Shown here one piece after another: positions 25,390 to 35,659 of a stretch of 36,774 bases of DNA. The first letter of the stretch is position 1. The number at the start of each line of letters is the position of its first letter. The position numbers were made by a program, and so were the translations under genes. The DNA is from a virus (lineage: Duplodnaviria; Heunggongvirae; Uroviricota; Caudoviricetes), in IMG/VR virus record IMGVR_UViG_2778261162_000005. The stretch is one strand, 5' to 3'. The notes beneath the pieces were generated by a model. The model saw nothing but the letters and a program-made list of their open reading frames with translations. It did no database searches and was not told the DNA's origin.

Positions 25390-25853
25390 TGAATGTTCTG
25401 CCCGTCCTTGATGCGGTGCTGGCCCGGTTGCGCGAGAAGCTGCCTCAGCTGCAGGTTGAGTACTTCCCGGAAAAGCCGTCCGAATACCGCCTCAATCATT
25501 CTGTCGGGGCGTTGCTGCTGAGCTATGCAGGATCGCGTTTCGACAGGCCGGATGATACCGGTGCGGTGATCCAGCCTCAGACTATCCAGCTCTGCGTCAC
25601 GGTGGTCTTCCGACAGCTCAACGGTAAAAAAGGGGCGATTAATGTCCTGGATGCTGTCCGCCGCATTCTTGGTGGCTACACCCCGCCCGGGTGCCGCCGC
25701 CGTATCTGGCTGACCCGCGAGGTGTTTATCGGTGAAGTCAGGGGGCTGTGGCAGTACGCCCTCGACTTCGCGACTGAAAGCGTCTTTATCGAAGACAGCG
25801 ATTTACCGTCCGGCCCGCTGTTAACTGAAGTGAACTATGAGGAAAGCGAGTGA
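25389..25853 (+). CDS. Head-tail connector-region protein, Mu gp37-like
   Basis: 154 aa; ATGA-coupled to neighbours. Confidence 0.45.
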   Translation: MNVLPVLDAVLARLREKLPQLQVEYFPEKPSEYRLNHSVGALLLSYAGSRFDRPDDTGAVIQPQTIQLCVTVVFRQLNGKKGAINVLDAVRRILGGYTPPGCRRRIWLTREVFIGEVRGLWQYALDFATESVFIEDSDLPSGPLLTEVNYEESE

Positions 25854-26104
25854 TGAAAGAATACCGCTATTCCGGCCCGGCCAGCGGCGTCACGCTGTCG
25901 GACGGAACCGAAATCCTGCTCTGGCCGGGGAAGACTGTTTCCCTGCCGGAGGAGCATGACTACGTGAAGGTACTGGTGGCGCTGAAGCATCTGACGCCGG
26001 TATCTGAAGAAATTAAACCCGCCGGCACACCGGCTGTGCAGTCACCAAAGCGCAGGAACGGCGGTGACAGCGAGGTGAAAACGGAGGACGCCCATGTCAG
26101 CTAA
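25853..26104 (+). CDS. Hypothetical structural-module protein (83 aa)
   Basis: ATGA overlap with upstream stop; precedes the sheath gene. Confidence 0.4.
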   Translation: MKEYRYSGPASGVTLSDGTEILLWPGKTVSLPEEHDYVKVLVALKHLTPVSEEIKPAGTPAVQSPKRRNGGDSEVKTEDAHVS

Positions 26105-27521
26105 CTATCTGCATGGTCCGGAAACCATTGAAGTGGAAAACGGTGCCCGCCCGGTTAAAACGGTGAAATCTGCCGTTATTGGCCTGATTGGTACCGCACC
26201 AATGGGGGATGTCAATACGCTGGTACAGTGCCTGTCTGAGAAAGACGCTGCGGCATTTGGCAGCCAGTTCACCGGCTTTACCATTCCACAGGCGCTGGAT
26301 GCGATTTATGACCATGGTGCAGGCACCGTTCTGGTCATTAACGTACTCGATCCGTCTGTGCATAAAACCGCTGTGGTCAGTGAGAATGTGTCGTTCGACA
26401 AGGCGACAGGCAGAGCCCGGCTGGCTAATCCGGTGGTCGCGCAGCTGGTACTGAAACCGGACAGCGACGGTCAGCCTTATGTTGAAGGTCAGGACTACTC
26501 GCTTGATGCACAGACCGGGGTGATTACTAACCTGGGTAAAAGCATTGCTGCAGATGCAACGGTGAAGGCCAGCTATAACTATGCTGATCCGACCAAAGTC
26601 ACCCCGGCTGATATCATCGGTACCGTTAACGCTGCAGGCAACCGTACCGGCATGAAGCTGCTTAACGACAGTTTTAACCTGTTTGGCTACTTCGCCAAAA
26701 TCCTGATTGCTCCGGTATTCTGCACCCAGAACAGCGTCTCGGTTGAGCTTATCGCCATGGCTGAGAAACTGGGAGCAGTAACCTATATTGATGCGCCGGT
26801 TGGTACCACTTTTGCGCAGGCTCTGGCGGGACGAGGCCCGGAAGGCACCATTAACTTTAATACCAGCTCTGACCGTGTCCGCCTGTGCTACCCGCATGTG
26901 AAGGTATATGACCCGGTGACGAACACGGAACGTCTGGAGCCACTGAGCCAGCGTGCGGCGGGCCTGCGTGCCAAAGTCGACCTGGACAAAGGGTACTGGT
27001 GGTCATCCTCCAATCAGGAAATTCTGGGGATCACCGGCGTGGAGCGCCAGCTGTCGGCAATGATTGACGATCCGCAGAGCGAGGTGAACCTGCTTAACGA
27101 ACAGGGGATCACCACGGTATTCAGCAGTTACGGCAGCGGCCTTCGTCTGTGGGGTAACCGGACGGCAGCATGGCCAACGGTCACCCATATGCGTAACTTT
27201 GAGAACGTTCGCCGCACCGGTGATGTGATCAATGAGTCCATTCGTTACTTCAGCCAGCAGTACATCGACATGCCGATTACTCAGGCGCTGATTGATGCAC
27301 TGACGGAGTCGGTCAACGCCTACGGTCGCAAAATGACTGGTGATGGCGCGGTACTGGGCTTCCGTTGCTGGTTTGATCCGGCCCGCAATCCGGAAACGGA
27401 GCTGGCCGCCGGGCACCTGTTGCTGAGCTACAAATATACGCCACCACCGCCGCTGGAGCGACTGACGTTTGAGACTGAGATCACCTCGGAATACCTGTTA
27501 ACCCTGAAAGGGGGCAACTGA
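26094..27521 (+). CDS. Tail sheath protein
   Basis: 475 aa immediately upstream of the tube gene; typical size for a contractile sheath. Confidence 0.75.
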   Translation: MSANYLHGPETIEVENGARPVKTVKSAVIGLIGTAPMGDVNTLVQCLSEKDAAAFGSQFTGFTIPQALDAIYDHGAGTVLVINVLDPSVHKTAVVSENVSFDKATGRARLANPVVAQLVLKPDSDGQPYVEGQDYSLDAQTGVITNLGKSIAADATVKASYNYADPTKVTPADIIGTVNAAGNRTGMKLLNDSFNLFGYFAKILIAPVFCTQNSVSVELIAMAEKLGAVTYIDAPVGTTFAQALAGRGPEGTINFNTSSDRVRLCYPHVKVYDPVTNTERLEPLSQRAAGLRAKVDLDKGYWWSSSNQEILGITGVERQLSAMIDDPQSEVNLLNEQGITTVFSSYGSGLRLWGNRTAAWPTVTHMRNFENVRRTGDVINESIRYFSQQYIDMPITQALIDALTESVNAYGRKMTGDGAVLGFRCWFDPARNPETELAAGHLLLSYKYTPPPPLERLTFETEITSEYLLTLKGGN

Positions 27522-28042
27522 TGTCAAAGATTGAGATAAACCGAATCACGAATGCCAACATCTATCTGGATGGTACTAACCTGCTGGGACGGGCTGAGGA
27601 GGTTAAACTCCCCGATGTCTCCATGATTATGCAGGAACACAAGGCACTGGGGATGGTGGGTAAGGTGGAACTCCCGGCTGGTTTTGACAAACTGGAAGGC
27701 GAAATCAAATGGAACAGCTTTTACCGCGATGCGATGCTGTCTGCCGCGAACCCGTACAAGTCGCTGGCGCTGCAGTGTCGCTCCAGCGTCCAGCGCTACA
27801 GCTCGCAGGGGCTGATCGACGAAATCCCGCTGGTCACCTTCCTGACAATTATGTTCAAGAAGAACCCGCTGGGGACGTTTAAACAGCACGAGAACGCCGA
27901 GTTCTCCAGTAGCTTCACCTGCACGTATATCAGACAGGTACTGGATGGTGAAGAGTTGCTGCAACTGGACTATCTGGCCAACATCTTCCGCGTCGGTGGC
28001 GTTGATCAACTGACTGACTATCGGATCAATATCGGGGGCTGA
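27521..28042 (+). CDS. Tail tube protein
   Basis: 173 aa following the sheath; ATG overlaps sheath stop. Confidence 0.7.
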   Translation: MSKIEINRITNANIYLDGTNLLGRAEEVKLPDVSMIMQEHKALGMVGKVELPAGFDKLEGEIKWNSFYRDAMLSAANPYKSLALQCRSSVQRYSSQGLIDEIPLVTFLTIMFKKNPLGTFKQHENAEFSSSFTCTYIRQVLDGEELLQLDYLANIFRVGGVDQLTDYRINIGG

Positions 28043-28044
28043 CG

Positions 28045-28326
28045 GTGAGTGTTGAACTGACTGACAAAGGAGGGCGATGTGCGTCACTGGGCATGTCAAA
28101 TGGTACGTGGTTTACCCTCCTTGATATTCCGGGGGTGGAAACCCTTTTTAATACCCGTAAAACCAATGACCCGATTGACTGCACACGTTCAAAGGCCCGC
28201 AAACTGGCCGATTTGATTGAAGCATGGGAGCCGCCCGACCACTGGTTCTCCGGCATCGGCAAATCTGAGGGAAAGGCGCTTCTCATCGCTTTCCTGCGTA
28301 ACTGCAAGGGTTTTCGCACTTGCTGA
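28045..28326 (+). CDS. Hypothetical protein (93 aa) between tube and chaperone genes
   Basis: GTG 28045 after GGGGG; no recognisable motif. Confidence 0.35.
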   Translation: MSVELTDKGGRCASLGMSNGTWFTLLDIPGVETLFNTRKTNDPIDCTRSKARKLADLIEAWEPPDHWFSGIGKSEGKALLIAFLRNCKGFRTC

Positions 28327-28423
28327 CATCACAGGGGCTCCGGCCCCTTCTTCTTAATCTCCTTTAATATCCGTCACGTCCACCGCCAGACATACTGCTC
28401 TGAATTTACAAAGGAGTATGATC

Positions 28424-28759
28424 ATGTCACAGACCCAGTCCGATACTTTTACGCTGTCTTATCCTTTCACCACTGCTGCAGGTACCAGAATTGAACAGAT
28501 TGAACTGAAACGCCTGACAGTAAAAGACCTGAAGCAGGTGCGCAAAATCAACAAAGACCCGGCAGACTGGGACGAACCACTGATTGCCCGTAGCACCGGT
28601 ATCCTCCCGGAAGACCTCGATAACATGGATCTTGCCGACTATATGGAGCTGCAGAAACGATTTCAGAAAATCACTGGGCTGGGCAAGAGCGACAAAAACA
28701 CTGATGCAGGCGCAGGGCCTGCTGGCGAGATGGTTCAGGTTTCAGCCGGGGGAGATTGA
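28424..28759 (+). CDS. Tail assembly chaperone (upstream frame)
   Basis: ATG 28424, 7 nt after AAGGAG; located just upstream of the tape measure gene. Confidence 0.6.
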   Translation: MSQTQSDTFTLSYPFTTAAGTRIEQIELKRLTVKDLKQVRKINKDPADWDEPLIARSTGILPEDLDNMDLADYMELQKRFQKITGLGKSDKNTDAGAGPAGEMVQVSAGGD

Positions 28760-28841
28760 TGCCCTCGATACTGACGATCTGGAGATGTGGCTGGAGCAGG
28801 CTGAAGAGCAAATCAAAAGCGAGTTCGGCGACAATCAGTAA
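28424..28841 (+). CDS. Frameshift-extended tail assembly chaperone (shift near 28748-28753)
   Basis: A second ORF open in the frame offset by +1 overlaps the 3' end and extends to 28841; G5 run GGGGG 5 nt before the in-frame UGA. Confidence 0.45.
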
Positions 28842-28933
28842 CAACGTATCACTTAACAGCCGCCAGTCGCGGCTGTTCTGCATGGGGTTCAGACACTTCC
28901 CTTCCGTTTTTTTGCTTTCAGAGGATAGCCACC

Positions 28934-31399
28934 GTGGCCAGTGAATTTTCAGTCGGCGTCATTATTGGCGGCATTGTCGGGAGCAGCTTCCGCTCAGCCG
29001 TCAGTGGCACCCGACGCGCCCTTGATTCCCTTGGTGATACCTCCCGCCGTCTGCAGGAACGCCAGAATGCCTTAACCCGGGCAACAGAACGTTATGGTCA
29101 ACTGGGTTCTTCCCGGATGCAGCATCTCAACAGCGAGTTGCTGCGGGTAAGCCGCACCATGGAGCAAATTGAACGTCAGCAGCGCCGTCTGTCAGCAGTA
29201 TCAGCCACCGGTGATGCGTTGAAGGCTAACCGCCTGGCGCTCTATGGTCAGGGTGCAGAAACCTATGCTATTGGCAGAACGCTGGGCGCACCGGTCATGG
29301 CCTCGGTTAAACAATATGCCTCGTTTGAATCACAGTTACGGGATATCAGTGTCACAGGAGACCTGGATGCAAAACAGGAACGTGCAATTGGCCTGGCTAT
29401 CAGACAGGCCTCGCTGAAGGTTAACCAACTGCAGGAGTCTCTGTTAGGGGGAGTCGGACAATTAGTTGCTGATGGTATGGCCCCCGAACGGGCAGCAACG
29501 TTTGCAGAGATGCTTGGAAAGACCGCTACAGCAACCAAAGCCGATATGACCGACCTTGCCAAAATGACTTATGCCTTCAGCGATGCACTCAGAATCACTG
29601 ATGCGAAAGAACTTGAACAGGCATTTGGTATTGCGGCAACAGGAGCCAAACTTGGGTCATTTGAGCTGAAGGATATGGCAAAAGCATTACCCGGTATGGC
29701 TAAAGCCTTCGCTGCCCGTGGCATTTATGGAAAAGATGCGATTACCCAGATTGTTGCCAGTCTGGAGGTCGGTAAAGGTAGTGGCTCTGCAGAGGAAGCG
29801 GTCACCAATATGTCCAACTGGCTGGCAGCAATGGGCCGCGGAGATACCATCCAGAAATATGCTAAAGCCGGGGTGGATTACCAGGGGTCAATGCAGAATT
29901 ACGTCGCTCAGGGTTTTTCGCAGTACGAAGCTTCACTGATGATTGCCAACCGTTTTATCGACAGTAAAGGCAAAGCGTTTTTGCAGCAATGGAAAGCTGC
30001 AGGAGCAAGAGGCGATCAGGAAGGTCAGCAGAAACTCATGGAGTCATTTGGTCTGGCTGAGGTCTTTACCGATATTCAGACTGTCAACCATTTACTGTCA
30101 ATGCGACAGGGCTGGGATAAATACCTTTCCAGTAAGCAGGAAATGAATGCTCCGGCTGCAATGTCTACCCTGGATAAGGATGCTGCAAAGCAGAATGATA
30201 CGCTTGAAGGTCGCTGGCGCAGAATGCAGATCGGCTTTAATGATTCTGCTATCAGCATCGGGCAATCCTTGCGTCCGGCTTTGCTCCAGTTGGGTGAAAC
30301 ATTTATTCCTTTAATGGACAGCGTCGGCAAATGGATAGCGGCAAATCCGCAGCTCGTCAGCAGCACCATAAAGGTTGTGGGCGCATTACTCGCTTTCAGG
30401 ATGGCCACTATCGGTCTCAAGCTTGGGCTGAATCTCCTTATTTCCCCCTTTGTAAGCGTCTGGAAAAATGCTGTTTTACTGCGGACCAACTGGCGTCGAC
30501 TGACTACCGCACTCGGAGAAGGTGGCAAATTACGCTGGCTTGTCACTGGATTCAGCCGGCTGGCCAGCGGAGGACTGAAACTCAGCAAAGTTCTGGCGGG
30601 CAGCCTCGTTCGCGGTTTTATGATTGCTGCACGTGCCCTTCTCTGGATTGGCCGGGCGCTGATGATGAATCCCATCGGTCTCGCTATCACCGCCGTCGCG
30701 GCAGCAGCTTACCTTATCTACCGCAACTGGGGCGCAGTCAGTAGCTGGTTTAAACAGCGCTGGGCTGACATTCAGGAAGCCTTTAACGGCGGCATCGCGG
30801 GAATTGGTAAACTGCTGGTTAACTGGTCTCCGGCGGGTCTGCTTTATAAAGCCTTTGCGGCTGCGCTGAAATATCTCGGCGTTGATTTGCCGGCGAAGTT
30901 CACCGACTTCGGTGGTCATCTTATCGACGGGCTGATAAATGGCATCAGAAACAAATGGGAGTCACTGAAAACCAGCATAACCGGAATGGGTGACAGCATC
31001 AGTGACTGGTTCAGCGAAAAGCTGGGCATCCATTCACCGAGTCGCGTGTTTATAGGCTTTGGTGACAATATCGCGCAGGGTGCCGCCATTGGCCTGCAAC
31101 GGACCACTCCGCTTGCTGCACTGGCCGGGCAGCGCCTGGCCGCTGAAATGACACCGGATGTTCCCCGTATCCCGTCGCCGGAAATCATGGCTGCCGGATA
31201 TTCAGGCCGTGGCGCAACTGCAACCGGCGGTGGAGCGTCTGGCGGTATCCAGGTCAGCTTTAATCCTCAGTTTTTCCTCAATGGTAAGGAAACCGCAGCG
31301 CCTGCCGGGCTGGCTGGTGCCCTGAATATGAGCCTGCATGAGCTGGAAAAAATGCTGGAGCGTCTGCTGGCTCAGAAACAACGTAAGGAGTACAGCTGA
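28934..31399 (+). CDS. Tail tape measure protein
   Basis: 821 aa, GTG 28934 after GAGGA; long helical N-terminal half, C-terminal TM-like segments. Confidence 0.8.
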   Translation: MASEFSVGVIIGGIVGSSFRSAVSGTRRALDSLGDTSRRLQERQNALTRATERYGQLGSSRMQHLNSELLRVSRTMEQIERQQRRLSAVSATGDALKANRLALYGQGAETYAIGRTLGAPVMASVKQYASFESQLRDISVTGDLDAKQERAIGLAIRQASLKVNQLQESLLGGVGQLVADGMAPERAATFAEMLGKTATATKADMTDLAKMTYAFSDALRITDAKELEQAFGIAATGAKLGSFELKDMAKALPGMAKAFAARGIYGKDAITQIVASLEVGKGSGSAEEAVTNMSNWLAAMGRGDTIQKYAKAGVDYQGSMQNYVAQGFSQYEASLMIANRFIDSKGKAFLQQWKAAGARGDQEGQQKLMESFGLAEVFTDIQTVNHLLSMRQGWDKYLSSKQEMNAPAAMSTLDKDAAKQNDTLEGRWRRMQIGFNDSAISIGQSLRPALLQLGETFIPLMDSVGKWIAANPQLVSSTIKVVGALLAFRMATIGLKLGLNLLISPFVSVWKNAVLLRTNWRRLTTALGEGGKLRWLVTGFSRLASGGLKLSKVLAGSLVRGFMIAARALLWIGRALMMNPIGLAITAVAAAAYLIYRNWGAVSSWFKQRWADIQEAFNGGIAGIGKLLVNWSPAGLLYKAFAAALKYLGVDLPAKFTDFGGHLIDGLINGIRNKWESLKTSITGMGDSISDWFSEKLGIHSPSRVFIGFGDNIAQGAAIGLQRTTPLAALAGQRLAAEMTPDVPRIPSPEIMAAGYSGRGATATGGGASGGIQVSFNPQFFLNGKETAAPAGLAGALNMSLHELEKMLERLLAQKQRKEYS

Positions 31400-32283
31400 T
31401 GTTTGCCGTACTGGGTGATATTGAGTTTGAACTGATTACCTACTGGGACGGCTTCGAGGCCACGTTTGGCGTCGATTATGCGGAGCATGCCCGCATCGAG
31501 GGTAAACCCGGCCTGCAGTTTGTCGGCGACAGGCTGGACGAAATCCAGATAAGCCTGGTCTTCCATCAGCATTATTGTGTGCCCGACGTGGAGCTGGCGA
31601 GAGTGCGAACAGCCATGAAGGCCCATCAGGCACTGGCGCTGGTCTTCGGCAACGGTGACTATCGCGGCTGGTTCGTGATTACCGATGTGACCGCAACCAG
31701 CGAGCAGACAGACAGCACCGGTAACGTGCTGGCTGTCAGTGCCACCGTGTCTCTCCGGGAATACACCGGTGACCCGAAAAATCCTCTGCAACCGCCGGCA
31801 ATACGCAGGCAGGTTCCCGGTGCCGGAGCTGTATCGGGTGCTGTTCCATCGCCTTCCGGGGTGGCGCAGTTCGTCCGTAACGGCGTCAACTATGCGAAAC
31901 AGGCGCAGTCTGTACTCCAGACCACTATCAGTGCCGTTCGGGTGGCGCAGAAAATGAAGGGTAACCCCGTTGTCGCGCTGACCCGTGTGCCGGGACTGAT
32001 GAGCGGACTGGGTAATATATCCGGCGCTCTGGGGAAAAGTATTCCGGCGTTTAATGCACTCTCTGAATCCATGCCCGATGCCATCAGTCTGGCCAGAACA
32101 GCCAGTGAGGCAGCCACGTATGTACAGCAGGCGCAGTCGGCGCTGAGTGGTGTGGACAAAAGAAATATTGCAGGTGCTCTGGATACCGTTTCCGGGCAGC
32201 TTAACGCCGCCGGCACAGCATTCAACCGCATGTCTCCGGGATTAAGTGCAATGGCCGCCAGAATACTGACGAGGAGTGTGTGA
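31399..32283 (+). CDS. Tail protein, P2 gpU-like / Mu N-like
   Basis: N-terminus MFAVLGDIEFELITYWDG...GKPGLQFVGDRLDEIQISLVF resembles the gpU pattern (recalled). Confidence 0.55.
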   Translation: MFAVLGDIEFELITYWDGFEATFGVDYAEHARIEGKPGLQFVGDRLDEIQISLVFHQHYCVPDVELARVRTAMKAHQALALVFGNGDYRGWFVITDVTATSEQTDSTGNVLAVSATVSLREYTGDPKNPLQPPAIRRQVPGAGAVSGAVPSPSGVAQFVRNGVNYAKQAQSVLQTTISAVRVAQKMKGNPVVALTRVPGLMSGLGNISGALGKSIPAFNALSESMPDAISLARTASEAATYVQQAQSALSGVDKRNIAGALDTVSGQLNAAGTAFNRMSPGLSAMAARILTRSV

Positions 32284-32495
32284 TGTTTCTTGAACATATT
32301 ACCCGTGACGGAGAGCGCTGGGATTCGCTGGCATGGCAGTACTACGGTGACCCGCTGGGCTATCCCCGGATTATTGCAGCCAATCCGCACGTGGCCATTA
32401 CGCCGGTGCTGCCCTCCGGGTTGTTGTTACTGATCCCGGTTATTGAGGCTGAAGATGCCCGTACAGAAGAGGATATTGCCCCATGGCTGAGATAA
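32283..32495 (+). CDS. Tail protein X-like (LysM-like)
   Basis: 70 aa; RWDSLAWQYYGDPLGYPRIIAANPHVAI...LPSGLLLLIP matches the P2 gpX pattern (recalled). Confidence 0.6.
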   Translation: MFLEHITRDGERWDSLAWQYYGDPLGYPRIIAANPHVAITPVLPSGLLLLIPVIEAEDARTEEDIAPWLR

Positions 32496-33637
32496 ACAGT
32501 ACTGCGCAAGCCACATCAGCGTTAACCGGCGTCAGCGATGTGCTGACGCCGGTATTCACTCTGTGGTATCTGCAGAAAAACATCACCTCTGATATCGCGC
32601 CTTATGTCACCCGTGTGGTCTGGAGCGATAACATCAAAAATGAGTCCGATACCATTGAGGTGGAGCTGGACGACACCGATGGCCGCTGGCTGGATAAGTG
32701 GTATCCGGGCAAGGGTGACACGCTGACGCTGAAAATGGGTTATCAGGGCGAGAAACTGCTGTCCTGCGGTACATTCTCAATAGACGAGATCGAAGTGAGT
32801 TCGCCCGCGTCCGTTGTCGCTATCCGTGGGGTGGCCACCTCGGTTAACAGTGCTCTGCGGACTAAATCCAGCCGTGGTTTTGAGAACACCACGCTGGCAG
32901 CTGTTGCGGGGCGGATTGCCAGAAAGCACCGGCTGAAACTGGTGGGCAGCATTGAGTCCATCAGAATCGACCGGGTGACCCAGTATGCTGAAACCGACGT
33001 GGGTTTTCTGCGCCGGCTGGCCAGCGAGTATGGTTATGCAGTGAAAGTGGTCAGTGACCAGTTGATTTTTTCTCATCTGGCCACACTGCGCAGTCAGGAG
33101 CCGGTCAGGCAGTTAAAACCGCAGGATGTGGCCTGCTTTTCCCTGCGTGACACCATCAACCGGGTCTATAAATCTGCAAAGGTAAAACACCAGAAAAGCA
33201 GCAGTAAAAAACTGATCGTCTACGAAGCTGATGGTGGTACCCGTGAAAGCGACAAAAAGCTCAAAGGCGGTAAGGTTACCAGCGCTGACTCACTTAAAGT
33301 TAACAGCCGCGTCAGCGACCCGGACAGTGCCCGGATTAAAGCGGATTCAGCACTGGCCAGACATAACGAATACCAGCAGAACGGCTCCCTGACGCTGACG
33401 GGAACGCCTCAACTGACAGCAGGCAACAAAATTGAACTGGTGGGCTTTGGACAGTTATCCGGTCCATGGCTGATAATCACTGCCCGCCATGCGTTTGAGC
33501 GTAACAGCGGCTACACCACAGAGCTGGAAGTGGCACGGGGGCCAGTCACAAGAGGGAAAAAACAAAAAACTCAGAAACTCACGGTTTATCACCCGGATGG
33601 CAGTACATCGACGGTGATTAAGGAGAAGAAAAAATGA
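32483..33637 (+). CDS. Baseplate hub / late control D-like tail protein
   Basis: 384 aa following the X-like gene. Confidence 0.65.
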   Translation: MAEINSTAQATSALTGVSDVLTPVFTLWYLQKNITSDIAPYVTRVVWSDNIKNESDTIEVELDDTDGRWLDKWYPGKGDTLTLKMGYQGEKLLSCGTFSIDEIEVSSPASVVAIRGVATSVNSALRTKSSRGFENTTLAAVAGRIARKHRLKLVGSIESIRIDRVTQYAETDVGFLRRLASEYGYAVKVVSDQLIFSHLATLRSQEPVRQLKPQDVACFSLRDTINRVYKSAKVKHQKSSSKKLIVYEADGGTRESDKKLKGGKVTSADSLKVNSRVSDPDSARIKADSALARHNEYQQNGSLTLTGTPQLTAGNKIELVGFGQLSGPWLIITARHAFERNSGYTTELEVARGPVTRGKKQKTQKLTVYHPDGSTSTVIKEKKK

Positions 33638-34161
33638 CTGGTGTCACCCGTCAGATCGGTACGGTCAGTGCCGTTGATGCCGACAGGGTTCAGGCCCGCG
33701 TTCGTCTGCCTGAATGCGATAATCTGCGCACAAACTGGCTTAACGTGCTACAGCGCAATACCCAGGATAACAAGGATTACTGGCTCCCTGACGTGGGGGA
33801 GCAGGTTGAGGTGCTGCTCGATGCCAACGGCGAGGATGGTGTTATTCTGGGCGCGGTGTACTCAGACGTCGATAAACCGCCGTTCAGTGATAAAAACGTC
33901 CGGGGTACGAAATACGCTGATGGCGCGGAGTTCAGTTATAACCGCGCGACCCATACGCTGACGGTCAGAGGAGGTATTGAGCGTATCGTGGTGGAGGTTG
34001 CCGCTGATATCTCTCTCAAAGGGAAAAACCTCGACCTCACGGGAGTTACCACGATCAACGGCCCCGCGACACTCAATGGTGATCTGGAAATCAACGGAAG
34101 CGCCCATGCAACGGGTAACATATTTGCTGATGGTCAGAACTCTAATCACCATTCCCATTGA
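33634..34161 (+). CDS. Baseplate spike protein, gpV-like
   Basis: 175 aa with OB-fold-like N-terminus and Gly-rich repeat C-terminus. Confidence 0.65.
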   Translation: MTGVTRQIGTVSAVDADRVQARVRLPECDNLRTNWLNVLQRNTQDNKDYWLPDVGEQVEVLLDANGEDGVILGAVYSDVDKPPFSDKNVRGTKYADGAEFSYNRATHTLTVRGGIERIVVEVAADISLKGKNLDLTGVTTINGPATLNGDLEINGSAHATGNIFADGQNSNHHSH

Positions 34162-34217
34162 ACCTTCTTAAACGCCTTTAATATCGGCGCTTACTTCCCG
34201 GGGGCAATACTGCCTCC

Positions 34218-34565
34218 ATGAAAACGACCTCAGTATTCTGGCAACCAGCTCTGCAGGCTCCCGGCGAAATCGTCCGGGGGCTGGATGATATCCGGCAGTC
34301 CATCCAGATCATCCTGCGGACTCCCCGCGGCAGCGACCCGCATCGCCCGGAGTTCGGCAGCAATCTGCACCTTTATATCGACTGGCCTGTCGACCGGGCC
34401 ATTCCGCATGTGGTTCGCGAATCCGTCGATGCCATCAGGCGCTGGGAACCCCGCTGCCAGCTTATGTCGGTTAAACCCGCCGTCGACGGCGAACATCTTA
34501 CGCTCCGGGTGAGCTGGAAAGGCTCAGACGGACAACCCCGTACTCAGGAACTGCTATGGCGCTGA
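34218..34565 (+). CDS. Baseplate protein, gpW / gp25-like
   Basis: 115 aa in the canonical position between V-like and J-like genes. Confidence 0.65.
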   Translation: MKTTSVFWQPALQAPGEIVRGLDDIRQSIQIILRTPRGSDPHRPEFGSNLHLYIDWPVDRAIPHVVRESVDAIRRWEPRCQLMSVKPAVDGEHLTLRVSWKGSDGQPRTQELLWR

Positions 34566-35659
34566 CAGAACCCGATTTTATTGAACGCGATGCCGATAAA
34601 ATCACGGCAGAAATGATTGCGAAGTATGAAGAGGATACCGGAAAAACGCTGTACCCGGCACAGGCTGAACGTCTGCTGATTGACCTGTGGGCCTATCGCG
34701 AAATGCTGGTCAGGGTGGCAGTACAGGAGGCGGCGAAGCAGAATCTGGTCGCTTTTTCCCGTGAGCCGATGATTGATTACCTCGGTGAACTGGTCGGTGT
34801 ATACCGCCTTGCTGCGCAGCCTGCCACCACCACACTTCAGTTCTCTGTGGATGAGGCACTGGCCATTGATGTGCTGATCCCGGCAGGCACCCGCGTCAGC
34901 GCTTCCGACAGTATTATTTTTGCCACCGATACAGATGTGGTGCTGAAGGCCGGATTGCTGCTGGTCAATGTCACGGCCACCTGTACCGAGCCGGGTACCG
35001 CTGGCAACGGCTGGCAACCGGCGCAGGTCAGTCAGTTACTCGATGAGATTGATAACATTGACCTGCTGGTGACCAATCTGACGGCCAGCTCTGGCGGTTC
35101 AGAGCAGGAAGACGATGACCGGCTCCGGGAGCGTATCAGGCTGGCCCCGGAGTCATTCACCAATGCCGGAAGCCGTGGTGCATACCGTTTTCATGCTATG
35201 GGGGCGCATCCCGGCATTGTCGACGTTGCTGTTCTTTCTCCCGCTCCCGGCACTGTCGAGCTGTATCCGCTGCTCAGCACTGGTCTGCCGGACAGCAGTA
35301 TCCTCACTCTGGTAGAGAGTTTCTGTTCTGACGAAAAAGTCAGACCACTCACTGATACCGTGCGGGCTAAAACACCTGTTCAGGTGGATTACACCATTGA
35401 AGCCAGGATTACGATCTATCGTGATCAGGATGCAAGGTTGGTAAAGGACAACGCTAACAGCGCCATACAGAACTGGGTGGCATCCCGTACCGCCACGCTG
35501 GGGCGCGATATTGTTCCCAGCCAGATTATCAGCGTGTTGTCCGTTTCCGGGGTGTACCAGGTCGAACTGGTGACACCGGCACTGAGGGTGGTGGCAGAAA
35601 ACGAATGGGCAAACTGTACGGCGATCACTCTTAACATGACCGGGGTGTCCGATGGCTGA
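34556..35659 (+). CDS. Baseplate wedge protein, gpJ-like
   Basis: 367 aa following the W-like gene. Confidence 0.7.
   Translation: MALTEPDFIERDADKITAEMIAKYEEDTGKTLYPAQAERLLIDLWAYREMLVRVAVQEAAKQNLVAFSREPMIDYLGELVGVYRLAAQPATTTLQFSVDEALAIDVLIPAGTRVSASDSIIFATDTDVVLKAGLLLVNVTATCTEPGTAGNGWQPAQVSQLLDEIDNIDLLVTNLTASSGGSEQEDDDRLRERIRLAPESFTNAGSRGAYRFHAMGAHPGIVDVAVLSPAPGTVELYPLLSTGLPDSSILTLVESFCSDEKVRPLTDTVRAKTPVQVDYTIEARITIYRDQDARLVKDNANSAIQNWVASRTATLGRDIVPSQIISVLSVSGVYQVELVTPALRVVAENEWANCTAITLNMTGVSDG

Noticed and set aside
26097-26897. 266-aa minus-strand ORF
   Set aside because: Antisense to the tail sheath gene.
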